Source: a virus
Virus record (IMG/VR): IMGVR_UViG_3300025423_000001
Coordinates: 23,119-87,118 of that record
Reading direction: 5' to 3' (one strand)
DNA: 64,000 nucleotides
The notes below the pieces were generated by a model, which was given only the letters and a program-made list of their open reading frames with translations, was not told the DNA's origin and did no database searches. The translations under genes and the position numbers were made by a program. This document shows, piece after piece, positions 28,898 to 37,493 of the stretch; positions within the stretch are counted from its first letter, which is position 1; each line of letters begins with the position of its first letter.

Positions 28898-29215
28898 TTA
28901 ATCTGTTTTTGTATCAAAATCTGCCCACCCGTTTGTTACTTTATCCAGCCAACAACTGTCATCAGTTGGTTCAGGCTGTGTAAGGAGGGTTTGCTGTTGG
29001 TGTGTGTACCATGTCAGCTTTTCAAACCTTGATAGCTGTATGGCCCCGAGGATAAGCATCATGTCATCGCTGTAACAAGGCTCATCACCATCATACAGTG
29101 GGGGCATAACATAGTGTAGGCTGTGCAACACCACGGTCTTACTGTCAGTGTCTGCCGGGATGATGGAATATTCCACTTTCCAATTGCCTGGGCCGGCTGC
29201 AATAGTCAATACCAT
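28898..29215 (-). CDS. hypothetical protein
   Basis: ORF within the operon. Confidence 0.6.
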   Translation of the reverse strand: MVLTIAAGPGNWKVEYSIIPADTDSKTVVLHSLHYVMPPLYDGDEPCYSDDMMLILGAIQLSRFEKLTWYTHQQQTLLTQPEPTDDSCWLDKVTNGWADFDTKTD

Positions 29216-29406
29216 GGCTCCTCCGCGATTGTGCTTAAATAATCAGGATGTACCGAGCCTTCAACAGCATATCCTTCCTCAAGGTCGCTGTCATCAATAA
29301 ATTCGTCATCTGGTTCCTGTCTCTTGGCATACTTTAGCCACAGGATTGTAACCACTCCCAGAGCAAAGCCGCTCAGGAAGCCGAATAGCAACGCTAGCTT
29401 GTCCAT
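29206..29406 (-). CDS. small membrane-anchored protein
   Basis: N-terminal transmembrane segment and acidic tail. Confidence 0.65.
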   Translation of the reverse strand: MDKLALLFGFLSGFALGVVTILWLKYAKRQEPDDEFIDDSDLEEGYAVEGSVHPDYLSTIAEEPWY

Positions 29407-29438
29407 AGTTGGATGTTTAAATGTGAATTAAGATTGTT

Positions 29439-29592
29439 TGATGGGCCACCTTGCCCACGAAGAAATTAGGTGCCACACTGTATGCACAAGGCTGCTCACG
29501 GGCTAACTTAGAAAGGGTGAGTTGTTCCCGGCTATCCATCACTGGGACGCCAGGTCAGGGAATTACACGGATTGGCTACCGCTCTGACCCTG
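29439..29592 (-). ncRNA. candidate structured RNA C
   Basis: GGTCAG/CTGACC hairpin; domain closed by TGATGG/CCATCA with CGGG/CCCG and GCCTTG/CAAGGT arms. Confidence 0.45.
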
Positions 29593-29598
29593 AAATCG

Positions 29599-30168
29599 TT
29601 ATATACGTTTGAACACCATCAATGTGTCTTTGAACCACGGCAATGTCGAGGCTGCCCTCATCTTGTCTGTCTCAGCCAGATGAATCTCAAAGCCTCGTTG
29701 TTCCATAGCCCCGGTTATGTACCCGTTAGGCTTGCAGTTCACATGCCCGTCTCCTCCCTGCCCAGGTACAGCCCAACTCAGGATAATCCAGTCTTTGGCA
29801 TACTTGACTACGTTGTCAAGGAATGTGTCCTCGAATTGGGCTGGAATGTGTTCTCCCACTTCAAGGCTGAGGATGAAGTCAGGGTATTGCCCTTCCATTG
29901 GCTGGGCATTGTAGTAAAAGGGCTGTGATAGGTCAGCGACTTGGCACATGGGGTAATTGGTGTGTGGATTGCCGTCATAGCCTATAGCCATCATACCTGG
30001 GAATGCGTTGATGCGGGCCACATACTTTCCTTCTCCACAGCCTAAGTCCAGCATTGTCCACAGGTTGTTCTCCCACATGAAATCCTCTATAGCGTCAGCC
30101 AACGCTTCGTCAAAGCAGTGCCCTTCATTTGTCTCGTTGAGCCAGGCTCCGTTTTCAGTTATCTTCAT
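29599..30168 (-). CDS. class I SAM-dependent methyltransferase
   Basis: LDLGCGEG, LSLEVGEHIP, WAVPGQGGDGHVNC. Confidence 0.88.
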   Translation of the reverse strand: MKITENGAWLNETNEGHCFDEALADAIEDFMWENNLWTMLDLGCGEGKYVARINAFPGMMAIGYDGNPHTNYPMCQVADLSQPFYYNAQPMEGQYPDFILSLEVGEHIPAQFEDTFLDNVVKYAKDWIILSWAVPGQGGDGHVNCKPNGYITGAMEQRGFEIHLAETDKMRAASTLPWFKDTLMVFKRI

Positions 30169-30812
30169 ACGTCCTCCCCTTTCCACAACTCATACTGCCA
30201 CAAGTACCTGTCGTTGTTATAGTCTGTGTCCTTCTTCAAGATGTCGCTGTAGCCCGGCATCTGGAGTGCTATCATCTTGGCTGGCATAGTGAGATGAAAT
30301 TTGTTAGAATCTGGAGCAGATGCTGTCCCCTGTGGTATTAAAGCATTAAGCTTTTCTGTCTCTTTGCTAATGGCCACATCTAAGTGCTCATTCTCATCCA
30401 TGTTTAAGAAGGTGTCATAGAAATTCTGGTACACGATATAACAATGTGTGCCAGACATAGAATGGAGTAACCACCAGCAGCTGCCTTTGAAATAAACCTT
30501 ATGTGTTCCATACACGCCCCCTGTATGTACAGAAGTTCTTGCACAGGGGTAAGGTTTTTCATTTACAAACCAATCAGCGGCTCCTGGGGCCGTGAACACA
30601 CAATCGTCTTCCATAAGCCAGACATAAGGCAAACCCTCGTCTTTAGCCATCTGGACTATCTTCCTGTGTGACAAGTGGCAGCCACGGACAGGATTGTCCT
30701 CGTCTATCGTGGCTGCGTGTATCTCAAACTCGAAGCCCTGTTCGTCAGCCTGCTTAGTGATATTGGCTAAGCGGTCGGCACGGGCAATGTTGTGGATGAT
30801 GTGTGCTGTCAT
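30165..30812 (-). CDS. glycosyltransferase family 25
   Basis: RADR, GCHLSH, LMEDD, GTHCYIV, HLD. Confidence 0.85.
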   Translation of the reverse strand: MTAHIIHNIARADRLANITKQADEQGFEFEIHAATIDEDNPVRGCHLSHRKIVQMAKDEGLPYVWLMEDDCVFTAPGAADWFVNEKPYPCARTSVHTGGVYGTHKVYFKGSCWWLLHSMSGTHCYIVYQNFYDTFLNMDENEHLDVAISKETEKLNALIPQGTASAPDSNKFHLTMPAKMIALQMPGYSDILKKDTDYNNDRYLWQYELWKGEDV

Positions 30813-31510
30813 AGCTGTTTGTTGTTGGGGTTTTCAACCATGAAGTAATCGTACCAGAGTTGAGAGAAATGGGTGATGGTGTGCTGGGCCAGCTTCTCAG
30901 AAGCAAAGTACAATACGCTAAATTGCACGTAACAGTTATACCATGGTTCTAAGCATTTCTTATCATGGTTTAATACTATGTGCCATTTTGATTGGTTATA
31001 CTGTCTCCAATTAGGGCTCCATCCTTCATTCAATGCTTCAGCTATCACAGCCAGCTTACAATAGGCCAGCACTGATTTGGCTCGGGCTTCAGATGGTACA
31101 GTTAAATGATTACTAGAGCCATGCACAAAGAGGGTATAATTATCTATCATGCCGCGATGTGTTGCCCAGTACAAAGGCTGCACCAACTCAACCGCATCTT
31201 CCCAGCTTTTCACCATGTCTGTGATGGATTCGGGAACAAGCTCAAAAGTATTTGCACTACAAGCTGTTGGCCCAATAAACCTATCAAATTGCACTTTATA
31301 AGAACGATGTGGGAATGCAGGTACTTCTATTATGGTGCCTAACATACCTTTGCACTGTATACCATTGGTAAACACATTAGTTGTACATATCACCCGGGTA
31401 CCTACCTTAAACTTTTTCAACAGCTCCTTTTGAGCCTCTTGCTGCTGCTCTATTTTTTCGATTTGTTCAGGTGTGAGGGTGATTGTCACTCCGTGGATTG
31501 TTGTTGTCAT
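30809..31510 (-). CDS. hypothetical protein
   Basis: N-terminal SH3-like FKVGTRV; C-terminal IAEALNEGWSPNW...YFASEKLA. Confidence 0.7.
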   Translation of the reverse strand: MTTTIHGVTITLTPEQIEKIEQQQEAQKELLKKFKVGTRVICTTNVFTNGIQCKGMLGTIIEVPAFPHRSYKVQFDRFIGPTACSANTFELVPESITDMVKSWEDAVELVQPLYWATHRGMIDNYTLFVHGSSNHLTVPSEARAKSVLAYCKLAVIAEALNEGWSPNWRQYNQSKWHIVLNHDKKCLEPWYNCYVQFSVLYFASEKLAQHTITHFSQLWYDYFMVENPNNKQL

Positions 31511-31791
31511 GTTGAATGTTTTGATTGTAAGTATTTGTCTACTACTATACCATAAGTTTCTCTTGCTAGCTCTTGTGGATAATCTGGAGCCATACTACAT
31601 TGCAGCCATGCAATGAAGTCTATCAGCTCATCTCTCAAGCTTTTAGCTGGAAATTGAACGTGTATGCTTGGCCGTAGTTCTGCTGGGATTTCCAGTTTAG
31701 GTGTTGTCTCTATGTTTAAATAGTTTGTATACCCCGTAACCAAGCCATAGCACAAGTGACTCCCCCACTCCATGATTGTATATGGTATCAA
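31507..31791 (-). CDS. hypothetical protein (start uncertain)
   Basis: Stop is ATGA-coupled to the next gene. Confidence 0.45.
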   Translation of the reverse strand: MIPYTIMEWGSHLCYGLVTGYTNYLNIETTPKLEIPAELRPSIHVQFPAKSLRDELIDFIAWLQCSMAPDYPQELARETYGIVVDKYLQSKHST

Positions 31792-31838
31792 GGATAGTAA
31801 TGGCTGTGAGACACAGGATTGTGATTGATTGTTTCATA

Positions 31839-31958
31839 TCATTTGAATTTGCGTTTCCACCAATCTCTGGCCATCAGCGTGAGCATGGCTACGCCTACCA
31901 CCACCGGCAGCGAACAGAGGTAGGCTTGTGTGATGTAATTGATTGCTGTGAAGTCCAT
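31839..31958 (-). CDS. small membrane protein (39 aa, not in the ORF track)
   Basis: MDFTAINYITQAYLCSLPVVVGVAMLTLMARDWWKRKFK. Confidence 0.5.
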   Translation of the reverse strand: MDFTAINYITQAYLCSLPVVVGVAMLTLMARDWWKRKFK

Positions 31959-31966
31959 AGGTTAGT

Positions 31967-32194
31967 TTATAGCCATTTGGGTGGCTTGTACTTGGGAAAG
32001 ATTTTTGAAATGAAATATGCCAAGGCTAGGGCGGCTGCCATAAATATGGTGCCAGGCCAAACGATTCCAAAGAATGCGCGTGTAATGACGTTAAGCCAGT
32101 TTTGCTGGTACTTTTCTTCGTAAAAAACCAGCTTGAGTAGGAAGAATACGATGATTGCTGCTAACCAGTAGCAGACTATGCCAATTATGTGCAT
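31967..32194 (-). CDS. small two-TM membrane protein
   Basis: Two hydrophobic segments. Confidence 0.6.
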   Translation of the reverse strand: MHIIGIVCYWLAAIIVFFLLKLVFYEEKYQQNWLNVITRAFFGIVWPGTIFMAAALALAYFISKIFPKYKPPKWL

Positions 32195-32305
32195 GGCAAT
32201 GGGTTTGTGCCTGAGTAGGCTGTGAATGAATGTGTTTGTAGATTGCCCCCAGCTTGGGGCGACGTGTACAGAGCTTATAGGCTTATACGGATTGTTAACA
32301 GGCTG

Positions 32306-32337
32306 CTAAAGTAGGAGCATTAGTTGGAATTGCCAAA
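32306..32337 (-). promoter_or_regulatory. Bacteroidota-type promoter
   Basis: TTTG-N20-TACTTTAG (one mismatch to TAnnTTTG). Confidence 0.55.
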
Positions 32338-32363
32338 TCTTTTAGCAGAAATTTTTAAGGAAT

Positions 32364-32606
32364 TTAGTCAAAGTTTTCTTCAAGCACCATCTCTCTGTAC
32401 ACCCTCTCTGTAGCTATAGACGAGGATGCGATGGTGCTGTAGTGCCAGCTAAGGCGTGGGGTGTCTTTGGTTATGAGCTTCCATCTGGCTACTGTGTCAG
32501 CCCACTCGTCTTCAGTGAGAGACTGCTGCCACTTTCGTGCTAAGATATGTTGGCCAAGGTCAAGTAGAGTCTCGGTCATGGCTCCTGCCATAGTGCGCTC
32601 TTTCAT
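32364..32606 (-). CDS. hypothetical protein
   Basis: ATGA-coupled. Confidence 0.6.
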   Translation of the reverse strand: MKERTMAGAMTETLLDLGQHILARKWQQSLTEDEWADTVARWKLITKDTPRLSWHYSTIASSSIATERVYREMVLEENFD

Positions 32607-32959
32607 GCCAAATGGTTTAAGAACAGGGCCGGCAACTCAACGTTGGGTGTCCTGTTGGTGAACATTGGTGCTATCTCTGAGGGTAAGTATCCAGCTAATC
32701 CACAGCCTATTGCCGCTACCTTGAAAGTATGCTCCGGGTGTAGGCTGGCGAAGTAGAGGAATTCTCTCACTTCGGCTGCTATGGCATCAAGCGGGATGCT
32801 GCGTTGCCCACGGGACAGGTCTTTGGTGACGATGGCGTAGGACTGGCCTTGCAAGCCACGAGCCTGCCCGTAGATAGCGCCCCAGTGCCTACGGGCTTCG
32901 AGCGCTGCACCCTTGCCATGGCGGCCCTCAGTGTTGGAGCCGAATACGAAGATGGTCAT
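32603..32959 (-). CDS. A1S_2505-family macro-like phage protein
   Basis: IFVFGSNTEGRHGKGAA, GQSYAI.TK, IGCGLAG. Confidence 0.8.
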   Translation of the reverse strand: MTIFVFGSNTEGRHGKGAALEARRHWGAIYGQARGLQGQSYAIVTKDLSRGQRSIPLDAIAAEVREFLYFASLHPEHTFKVAAIGCGLAGYLPSEIAPMFTNRTPNVELPALFLNHLA

Positions 32960-33003
32960 GTCAGTGTTGTTAGGCTGTGTAAGGAATGTTGTTTATCACC
33001 AGC

Positions 33004-33360
33004 CTATTGCTGAGTTGTGTAAGGCTTGTCTAAAGCCGGAGATGGTGCTACTTTGATGGGAGAGACATGGCTGACTACCAGGTCGCTTTCTGGCTCCCGG
33101 TGTACCCGTTTACGTGGTGAGCTGCCATTGAAGGTTGAAAACTCCAAGGAACGGACTCTGTCAGACAGCTGCTGTGAGAGCGTGGTCAACTGGTTACGGG
33201 ATTCTCTGAGTGTGTTGATGTCTTTCTCAGCCTGGGACAGTCGGTAGCGACACTCGGTAAGCTCAGCTCCCCGGTGAATGTTTTCTTTGATGAGCCTGTC
33301 AAAACCCAGCCAGCGTTGTATGATGGATTTCATGTGAAAGAGTTGTGAGTTTGTGGTCAA
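33004..33360 (-). CDS. coiled-coil hypothetical protein
   Basis: First ORF after the promoter at 33401. Confidence 0.55.
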   Translation of the reverse strand: MTTNSQLFHMKSIIQRWLGFDRLIKENIHRGAELTECRYRLSQAEKDINTLRESRNQLTTLSQQLSDRVRSLEFSTFNGSSPRKRVHREPESDLVVSHVSPIKVAPSPALDKPYTTQQ

Positions 33361-33400
33361 TGTTGTGAATCCTCAGCCTGTTGACGAGGCAGGGCTGTGG

Positions 33401-33408
33401 CAAATGTA
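33401..33408 (-). promoter_or_regulatory. -7 promoter box TACATTTG
   Basis: Perfect TAnnTTTG at the head of the leftward cluster. Confidence 0.55.
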
Positions 33409-33566
33409 AGGGTAAATCCTGGTAGGATGAGGGTGAGATTGAGGGAAGGATGGGGAGGAGAGAGGGATAGATAGGATAGTCCCAGAATGGGAATGGTGTC
33501 CAGGAATGGGAAAGCAGTGTTTGTGTGAGGCGATGGTGCAGGCTGCTCGAGAGGTCGATAGAAAGA

Positions 33567-33944
33567 TTACAACTCACTACAGAATTTAGCCAACTCTACA
33601 TGCTCAAGCTTAGCCAGTATGCACGGCAATAGCTCTGTTAAGTGTATGTACGTTGAAATTTCCATGCCTTCGTGTTGCACTGTGAACCAGGCTGGCTCGG
33701 ATATGCCGGTAACTTCCGTCCGGTTTAAGGCAGTAGACATAGCCCGGATTAGCTGCTGGGCTGTTGCTTGTTGCAACCAGTTGATGGTAGCTAACTTCTT
33801 TAATTCTTTAGTTCTTTCAAAATTAGCCTCAACCAAGCGCTGCTGTTCCCTGAGGTCAGCCCGGTAACGTTTAATGTGTTCCTTGTTTGCTGGGTCGAGG
33901 CCAAGCTTGGCCATTTCCCGTTGGTGTCCTTTAGTTAGGCTCAT
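33567..33944 (-). CDS. hypothetical protein
   Basis: ATG at 33944 (MSLTKGHQREMAKLG). Confidence 0.65.
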   Translation of the reverse strand: MSLTKGHQREMAKLGLDPANKEHIKRYRADLREQQRLVEANFERTKELKKLATINWLQQATAQQLIRAMSTALNRTEVTGISEPAWFTVQHEGMEISTYIHLTELLPCILAKLEHVELAKFCSEL

Positions 33945-33974
33945 GATGTTATGTATTTGATGTGCAAGATAATG

Positions 33975-34011
33975 AAAAATGTACTCTATATAAAATACAG
34001 TGTACATTTTT
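33975..34011. repeat. perfect 10-bp inverted repeat with AT-rich spacer
   Basis: AAAAATGTAC-N17-GTACATTTTT between divergent genes. Confidence 0.7.
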
Positions 34012-34057
34012 GTCTAACCTTTTGTGATTTATCTACGGGTTTTTCCACTGATACCCC

Positions 34058-34065
34058 TACCTTTG
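34058..34065 (+). promoter_or_regulatory. -7 promoter box TACCTTTG for repL
   Basis: Perfect TAnnTTTG about 50 nt upstream of the ATG. Confidence 0.55.
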
Positions 34066-34113
34066 TCCAAGGAATTATACCATACCCCACAAAATCAAAA
34101 AAACCTTAGACAA

Positions 34114-34644
34114 ATGGCTAAGAAAACTCCTGAAGAGAACCCTTTTGTCCAAATAGCTCTGGATTTCACCATTTATGCTATCTGGAAGTCTGCTGAGTTA
34201 CGCCCTGCAGGCGCTCCTGCTGATATGTCCCTGAGTAATTCCCGGACATTTGCCTACACCAAGTTCGAGGTTAACTCCAAAGCCTCAGTGTACAGCGACA
34301 ATGGGCTGTTGAACATCTTTCCCACTTTGCCCTCCGCAGCCAAGGATATGTTCATGTACATTGTTGCCAAGATTCAGTATGAGTCTGACGTCATCGAGCT
34401 TGAGGAGGAGAAGTACATGGAGACCATGGGCGTGTCCCGCGCCACCTTCTATAGTGCGAGGAAGGCCCTGACCAACCGTATCATCATGGAGCGGAAAGAG
34501 CGCAAGAATACCTACTGGGTGAACCCTGCCTACATCTTCCGAGGAAGCCGTATCAGCAAGTACCCCAAGAATGTCAAGATGGTTGACAAGTCCGGCAACC
34601 CTGTTGGCGAGCCGAAGCTTGAACCACCCACAGATGAAGACTGA
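34114..34644 (+). CDS. repL: RepL-like winged-helix protein
   Basis: HTH MGVSRATFYSARKAL followed by YWVNPAYIFRG. Confidence 0.7.
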   Translation: MAKKTPEENPFVQIALDFTIYAIWKSAELRPAGAPADMSLSNSRTFAYTKFEVNSKASVYSDNGLLNIFPTLPSAAKDMFMYIVAKIQYESDVIELEEEKYMETMGVSRATFYSARKALTNRIIMERKERKNTYWVNPAYIFRGSRISKYPKNVKMVDKSGNPVGEPKLEPPTDED

Positions 34645-34767
34645 CGAGTCAGGCCCACGGCAGCCAACCTTAACCAGCCAGCTGACGAGTCCAGACCGGG
34701 CCCGTGAAAAAAGCCCAGGCCTGCAGATACACTCTGCAGCCCAGGCTATCATCAAACACCTATCCTC

Positions 34768-34899
34768 CTATGCCCTGTGTACGCGGTGTTCTACCCCGTT
34801 CACAAAGATGCTCTCCCCGGCCTGTAGGCTCAAGGTCGTGCCCAGCATACGGTAGACAATCCGCCCCTGCTGCCAGCACTCAATCCAGATACGTTTCAT
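34768..34899 (-). CDS. small hypothetical protein (43 aa, not in the ORF track)
   Basis: MKRIWIECWQQGRIVYRMLG...; preceded by the ATTCACA leader motif. Confidence 0.45.
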   Translation of the reverse strand: MKRIWIECWQQGRIVYRMLGTTLSLQAGESIFVNGVEHRVHRA

Positions 34900-34923
34900 A
34901 CATTACGATTTAAACTGTGAATT

Positions 34924-34950
34924 AAAAAGCCCCCACCATCAGGCAGGGGC
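34924..34950 (-). terminator. intrinsic terminator
   Basis: GCCCCTGCC-TGAT-GGTGGGGGC-TTTTT. Confidence 0.7.
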
Positions 34951-35058
34951 CATACATCCTCGTTTCACTCTTCACGTCTCTCGCTCGTCACTCTCACATT
35001 CCCAGGCTGTGTAAGGGAAGAGCTGCCTTGGCACACTCCTCCCTCTCCAGCCAACACA

Positions 35059-35730
35059 CTAAGCGGTTGCTGCCTCGCTTTCAGGTAACACAATCGCATG
35101 GCGCACCACGTTCTCGCCATCACCGCCTGTCTTTGCCTTCTTGGACAGCATTGCAAACGGATTGGTAGCCAACCCTGCAACACTCGCACCAGCACTTGCC
35201 TCCTTCACCACAATGCTGCCACCATCCAGCGTAAGCAACGTGCCATTCTCGGTCTTCACCAAGTCCACGTAAGCCACAATCTCCTCGCCACGCAAGTTCC
35301 TGTTGAACAGGCTGTTGGTACTCAGGATGCTGAAGCTCACCTGTGTCCTGTTCAGGAAATACGTGTACAAATCGCTGGCCAACGCCTTGTCACCAGCGTC
35401 TTCTGCGTCTTTAGCTGCAGCTAATACAGGTGTAAGCCGTGCTACAGCTTCCATGTCAACGGCCTCAACGTTGTAAATCTTCTTGCTCAACGTGCCACCA
35501 TTGTAAGCCTCTACCAACGTACCATCACGCCTTGTGGCATTAACCACGTTGGTGTTCTCGTCGCCGCCTTTGGACACCAAGAATTTCATTTTGCTGCGTG
35601 TTTCCAAATCAGCGTCAGCACGGTTGATAGCTTTACGCTTGTTAAAGATGGCCATTGCGCCTTTAAAATCCATGCGGCCTTTGCTGTCTTTAAGCTCAAT
35701 TTCCAGATTACCAATTACAAACTTTGACAT
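35059..35730 (-). CDS. hypothetical protein
   Basis: ATG at 35730 (MSKFVIGNLEIELK). Confidence 0.75.
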   Translation of the reverse strand: MSKFVIGNLEIELKDSKGRMDFKGAMAIFNKRKAINRADADLETRSKMKFLVSKGGDENTNVVNATRRDGTLVEAYNGGTLSKKIYNVEAVDMEAVARLTPVLAAAKDAEDAGDKALASDLYTYFLNRTQVSFSILSTNSLFNRNLRGEEIVAYVDLVKTENGTLLTLDGGSIVVKEASAGASVAGLATNPFAMLSKKAKTGGDGENVVRHAIVLPESEAATA

Positions 35731-36121
35731 AACATACGCGTGTTGTCCAGCCGCCGCTGGTTGTTTGATGTGAATTAAGAATGCTTTCCGGCACTGAAAT
35801 TTCCGGCCAGCCCTGAAATCTTGAAGATTCCAAGGCCACCGGTACCTTTCCCGCCAAAACTTAGCCGGGGCGTTCATCGGGAGGTGGTACCCCCATCGAA
35901 CAACACGCATCCTGTTTACTATGAGGCTAGGCATCTTCCCCATCTTGATACCCGCCCCTACCAACACGCATCACTTACCAGTGGGTCATCCCTCTAACCT
36001 GATTGCTGCCCCACCAGACGACACACACACCCCTTCACTGCAGCCTACCCAGGTTACCCACACCCACTCGGCTCTCCATCAGCCTACATCCCTTACCCAG
36101 CTTACCATCTAGGCTCTGAGC

Positions 36122-36150
36122 TGTCGCATATTCGTATTACATTTGCGACA
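36122..36150 (+). promoter_or_regulatory. -7 promoter box overlapped by an inverted repeat
   Basis: TACATTTG at 36138-36145 within TGTCGCA...TGCGACA. Confidence 0.55.
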
Positions 36151-36273
36151 AAGCGCCCACGACTTTGACTCACACTTAGTAACCTTGCTCCATACACAGC
36201 CCACTCCATCCATCTTCAGTTTGCCTACATTAGCGGGCTGAAGCAGGGACTGGCTAAGCAGTCTATCTACCCC

Positions 36274-36744
36274 ATGTCAACTTTCACCGTAGTCAGCTAC
36301 AATAGCGACTTCACACCGCACTCCATCGAACGCTTAAGCGACAACCAAACATTCACCATCGGAGAGATGATTACTAACTCTGTGGGTATGCGTGGCAACA
36401 TCAAGTCTTTCTCTCTCAGCAAGGACAGCTCTAAGGTATTTGTCACTACTACATGGTCAGGCGTAGGCTTTGACCTCGAGAGCGCCCAAAAGGTGCAGTT
36501 ACTGCCCTCACGTTTCCAGATGCACGACCAGGTTAGGCTGCGTATCGAGCAGAAGGATTACCAAGTTGATGGCAAGGGTATCGGGCAACCTCGCACCTCA
36601 CTTATCGCAGCCCATGTCCGTGGCATACACTTCTGCGGCAAAGTTGTAAAATACGACCTCGACGTAGACATCAACTGGCCGGCAGAGGCTACAGTACGCA
36701 TGTACAATGTAGGACAATCACTTCTCAGCGCACCAACCACTTAA
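36274..36744 (+). CDS. hypothetical protein
   Basis: First ORF of the rightward cluster; followed by a hairpin at about 36750-36775. Confidence 0.7.
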   Translation: MSTFTVVSYNSDFTPHSIERLSDNQTFTIGEMITNSVGMRGNIKSFSLSKDSSKVFVTTTWSGVGFDLESAQKVQLLPSRFQMHDQVRLRIEQKDYQVDGKGIGQPRTSLIAAHVRGIHFCGKVVKYDLDVDINWPAEATVRMYNVGQSLLSAPTT

Positions 36745-36779
36745 TCACCAGCCCTCAGCTAACAACTGGGGGCTTACCT

Positions 36780-36986
36780 ATGGTACACGTCATCCCCATA
36801 CACGATTCCATATCCCACAGCCTTGACACATCGTGTACGTGCAACCCTGCCGTGGAATACGGCAAAGGAGACTTCATCGTGGTGCATGATGCCCTGGATG
36901 GCAGGCTTGGAGTGGAATGGGCCAACCAACTTCTTAACCAGCCTACTCAAAGATACGGATGGGAAATTGTGTTAAAGGAAAGTTAA
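36780..36986 (+). CDS. small His/Cys-rich protein
   Basis: HVIPxxD...H...CTCNP...VVHDALDGR. Confidence 0.65.
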   Translation: MVHVIPIHDSISHSLDTSCTCNPAVEYGKGDFIVVHDALDGRLGVEWANQLLNQPTQRYGWEIVLKES

Positions 36987-37085
36987 ACCTGCCCCTAATT
37001 ATCGACTCGTGGGGTATATTAGGGATGCTACGACGAAAACGATGTAGTGGCCGTTGCTAATCAATAATCCAATATCCTATACAGT

Positions 37086-37475
37086 ATGAAACTCTACACA
37101 GAACAAGACCTTTTAGCTTTTGGGGAATACATACTCTCCAAAACTACTAATCCTGAGGAATCATTAGAAACCCTGGCAGATAACTTCAGGCTGATTAAAA
37201 ACAGTATCAACAAACCAGATTACACCCGTGGGCAAGAAGTGATGTCTGTTTCCTTTAACCCCGGACAACGTGCTGATGTGGCCGCCATTAAGCAAGTATT
37301 TGCCGATGCTTTTGACGAAATTGACATACACGTCACAGCTAAAGTCAAAGAAATAGATAGTTACTTCACCTTAGTCCAAAGCTCGCAAAAGGGTGACGTA
37401 CTTAGGCTCGCCGCAATAGCCAAAACTAACCTTGAGACAGCCCAGATGTATGCTGTCAAAGTCGTTACACGATAA
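37086..37475 (+). CDS. Acb2/Tad1-like helical hairpin protein (putative cyclic-nucleotide sponge)
   Basis: SFNP...VAAIK and RLAAIAKTNLETAQMYAVKVVT. Confidence 0.55.
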   Translation: MKLYTEQDLLAFGEYILSKTTNPEESLETLADNFRLIKNSINKPDYTRGQEVMSVSFNPGQRADVAAIKQVFADAFDEIDIHVTAKVKEIDSYFTLVQSSQKGDVLRLAAIAKTNLETAQMYAVKVVTR

Positions 37476-37493
37476 TCCAGTAAACCATACAGT

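Noticed and set aside
33299-33577. 92 aa Pro/Ser/Leu-rich ORF (and the similar 35921-36112)
   Set aside because: Artefact of the C-rich non-coding tracts; the first also overlaps a promoter box
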